Notes under the pieces: model-generated
The model's database searches: none
What the model was told of the DNA's origin: nothing
What the model saw: the letters and a program-made list of their open reading frames with translations, nothing else
Source: Cycas panzhihuaensis
Lineage: Eukaryota; Plantae; Cycadophyta
DNA: 64,000 nt
NCBI GenBank assembly: GCA_023213395.1
Contig: CM041465.1
Span: 174,165,741-174,229,740, forward strand
Direction: 5' to 3'
Part shown: in pieces, positions 62,501-64,000 of the stretch
Layout: each line of letters starts with the position of its first letter
How positions within the stretch are numbered: the first letter of the stretch is position 1
Program-made: the position numbers and the translations under genes

Positions 62501-64000
62501 ATGTTTAAAGATCATATGGGAAAAACACACAAACACTATGGTATTCAATCCCCTTAAAACCAACTTGTCTCACCTGGCCGTATGAAAAGACATCTCCAAA
62601 CCAACCTAGGCTATATAGTTTGCCTAAATAACATCTAAATTGATCCCCTAATTCATCTGCATATCTAGGATGTCATTACAAAGTACAAGTAAGTATTTGC
62701 TCCTCTCTCTTTCATGATCCCTCCTAACCATGGGTTTTACCACACGATTGAACTGAAATCTAACCATGACCTAATTAGCTTACGCCCATATAGAAATTCC
62801 TACTTTTAGAAAAATAAAATTGAGAAAATCATGACTGAATTAATGGATATGGAAATAATTTAGCCCAGTAAAAGTCCATATGCAGCACCAATCATCTTAG
62901 TCTGGAAAAAAGATGGCTCTTTTCATCTTTGTGTGGATTACAAGGAGCTTAAAACTATTACTATCAAGAATAAGTTCCCTACTCCATGAATTGATAATAT
63001 GCTTGACGAGATCCATGGAGCATCAATCTTCTCTAACCTAGACTTATAATCAGGATATTACTAGATCCCGATAGCCTTAGAAGATTGTAATAAAATAGTT
63101 TTTCAAACCCACCATGGCCATTTTGAGTTTTGAGTGATGCCTTTTGGCCTATGCAATGCTCTGACCACCTTCCAAGCACTCATGAATAAAATTTTTAGTC
63201 CTCACCTTTAAAAATTTGTCATCATTTTCTTCAATGATATACTTATCTATAACTCATGTTTGGACCATCACATTCATTATCAAGAAACAATCCTCCAAAT
63301 CCTACACCAACACCAATTATATGCCAAACTTTCTAAGTGTGAATTTGAAAAAACTGAACTCCAATACTTGGGCCACATCATTTCTTGTAAAGGGGTACGT
63401 ATGGACCCTGATAAAATATTGGTCATCACTACCTGGTCAACACTGACCAATCTCATATAACTACAAGCATTCCTTGGTCTTATAGGGTTATATCATCATT
63501 TGGTTCAGAACTATACCGCAATAGCAGTCCCACTAACAAATTTGCTCTGCAAAAACTCCTTTTAATGGTCTTCAGAGGCTAAAGATGGCTTTTCCCACCT
63601 TAAGCTAGTGATGACCTCTACCCCAATGCTGGTCACGCCTGAGTTCACCCAACCTTTCCAGCTCGAGTATGATGCTTCCAGATTCAACATAGGCATTATT
63701 ATTATGCAAGAATATTAGCCCATTGCTTTCAAAAATAAAAAACTAAAAGACCATGAACTTCAACTATCAACTTACCAAAAGTTAATGTGAGCAATCCTAC
63801 ATTCTGTGGATAAGTGGCATCAATATCTGTTAGGGTAAAAATTCACAATCCTTACTAATCATCGTACTCTCCATAGTCTGATGGATTAACCAATCCTCTC
63901 AGAAGAATAAGACAAATGGATTGATCGCCTTCAGGTTTTTGACTTTACGATATCTCATAAGAAAAGCAAAGACAATGTCATTGCGGATGCCCTTTCTCGC
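59530..64000 (+). mobile_element. Ty3/gypsy (chromovirus-like) element, 5' part, runs off the window
   Basis: LTR TGTAAC...ATTACA 59530-60018 with internal GCTCACTTATTTAGTAAGT repeats, perfect PBS TGGTATCAGAGC 60021-60032, then gag-pol relics. Confidence 0.93.
60952..64000 (+). pseudogene. gag-pol relic (gag, protease, RT, RNase H)
   Basis: gag NWISKLESYF...ASIHLDGKAHHWF; protease INGGASFNF (62218); RT SPYAAPIILVWKKDGSFHLCVDY...MPFGLCNA...FFNDILIY...LSKCEF...YLGHIIS; RH LEYDAS...ILTNH...KDNVIADALSR. Many premature stops. Confidence 0.93.

Overview
AT-rich, CpG-depleted, transposon-dense land-plant heterochromatin with no intact host gene. A non-flowering lineage such as a fern, lycophyte or gymnosperm is my guess, not shown. 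The window is a stack of nested, mostly decayed elements. From left to right: a chromovirus integrase/chromodomain remnant; a young pol-less LTR element (7415-11604, TSD AACAA) with an unexplained CpG-rich cargo and two tandem gag relics; a truncated copia; an apparently intronless MLO pseudogene fragment; a decayed CACTA transposase; two giant degenerate (TA)n arrays (about 7.5 and 1.9 kb) that directly flank a full-length decayed copia; a pol-less Tat/Ogre-type element inside that copia's 5' LTR, keeping gag plus a stand-alone archaeal-type RNase H and itself containing a 318-bp TRIM; a 5-kb back-to-back tandem array of LTR/TRIM-like units; and a chromovirus-like Ty3/gypsy running off the right edge. 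All long YIYI ORFs are microsatellite artefacts. Everything was read by eye. Boundaries with TSD, PBS or PPT support are near exact; the others are approximate.
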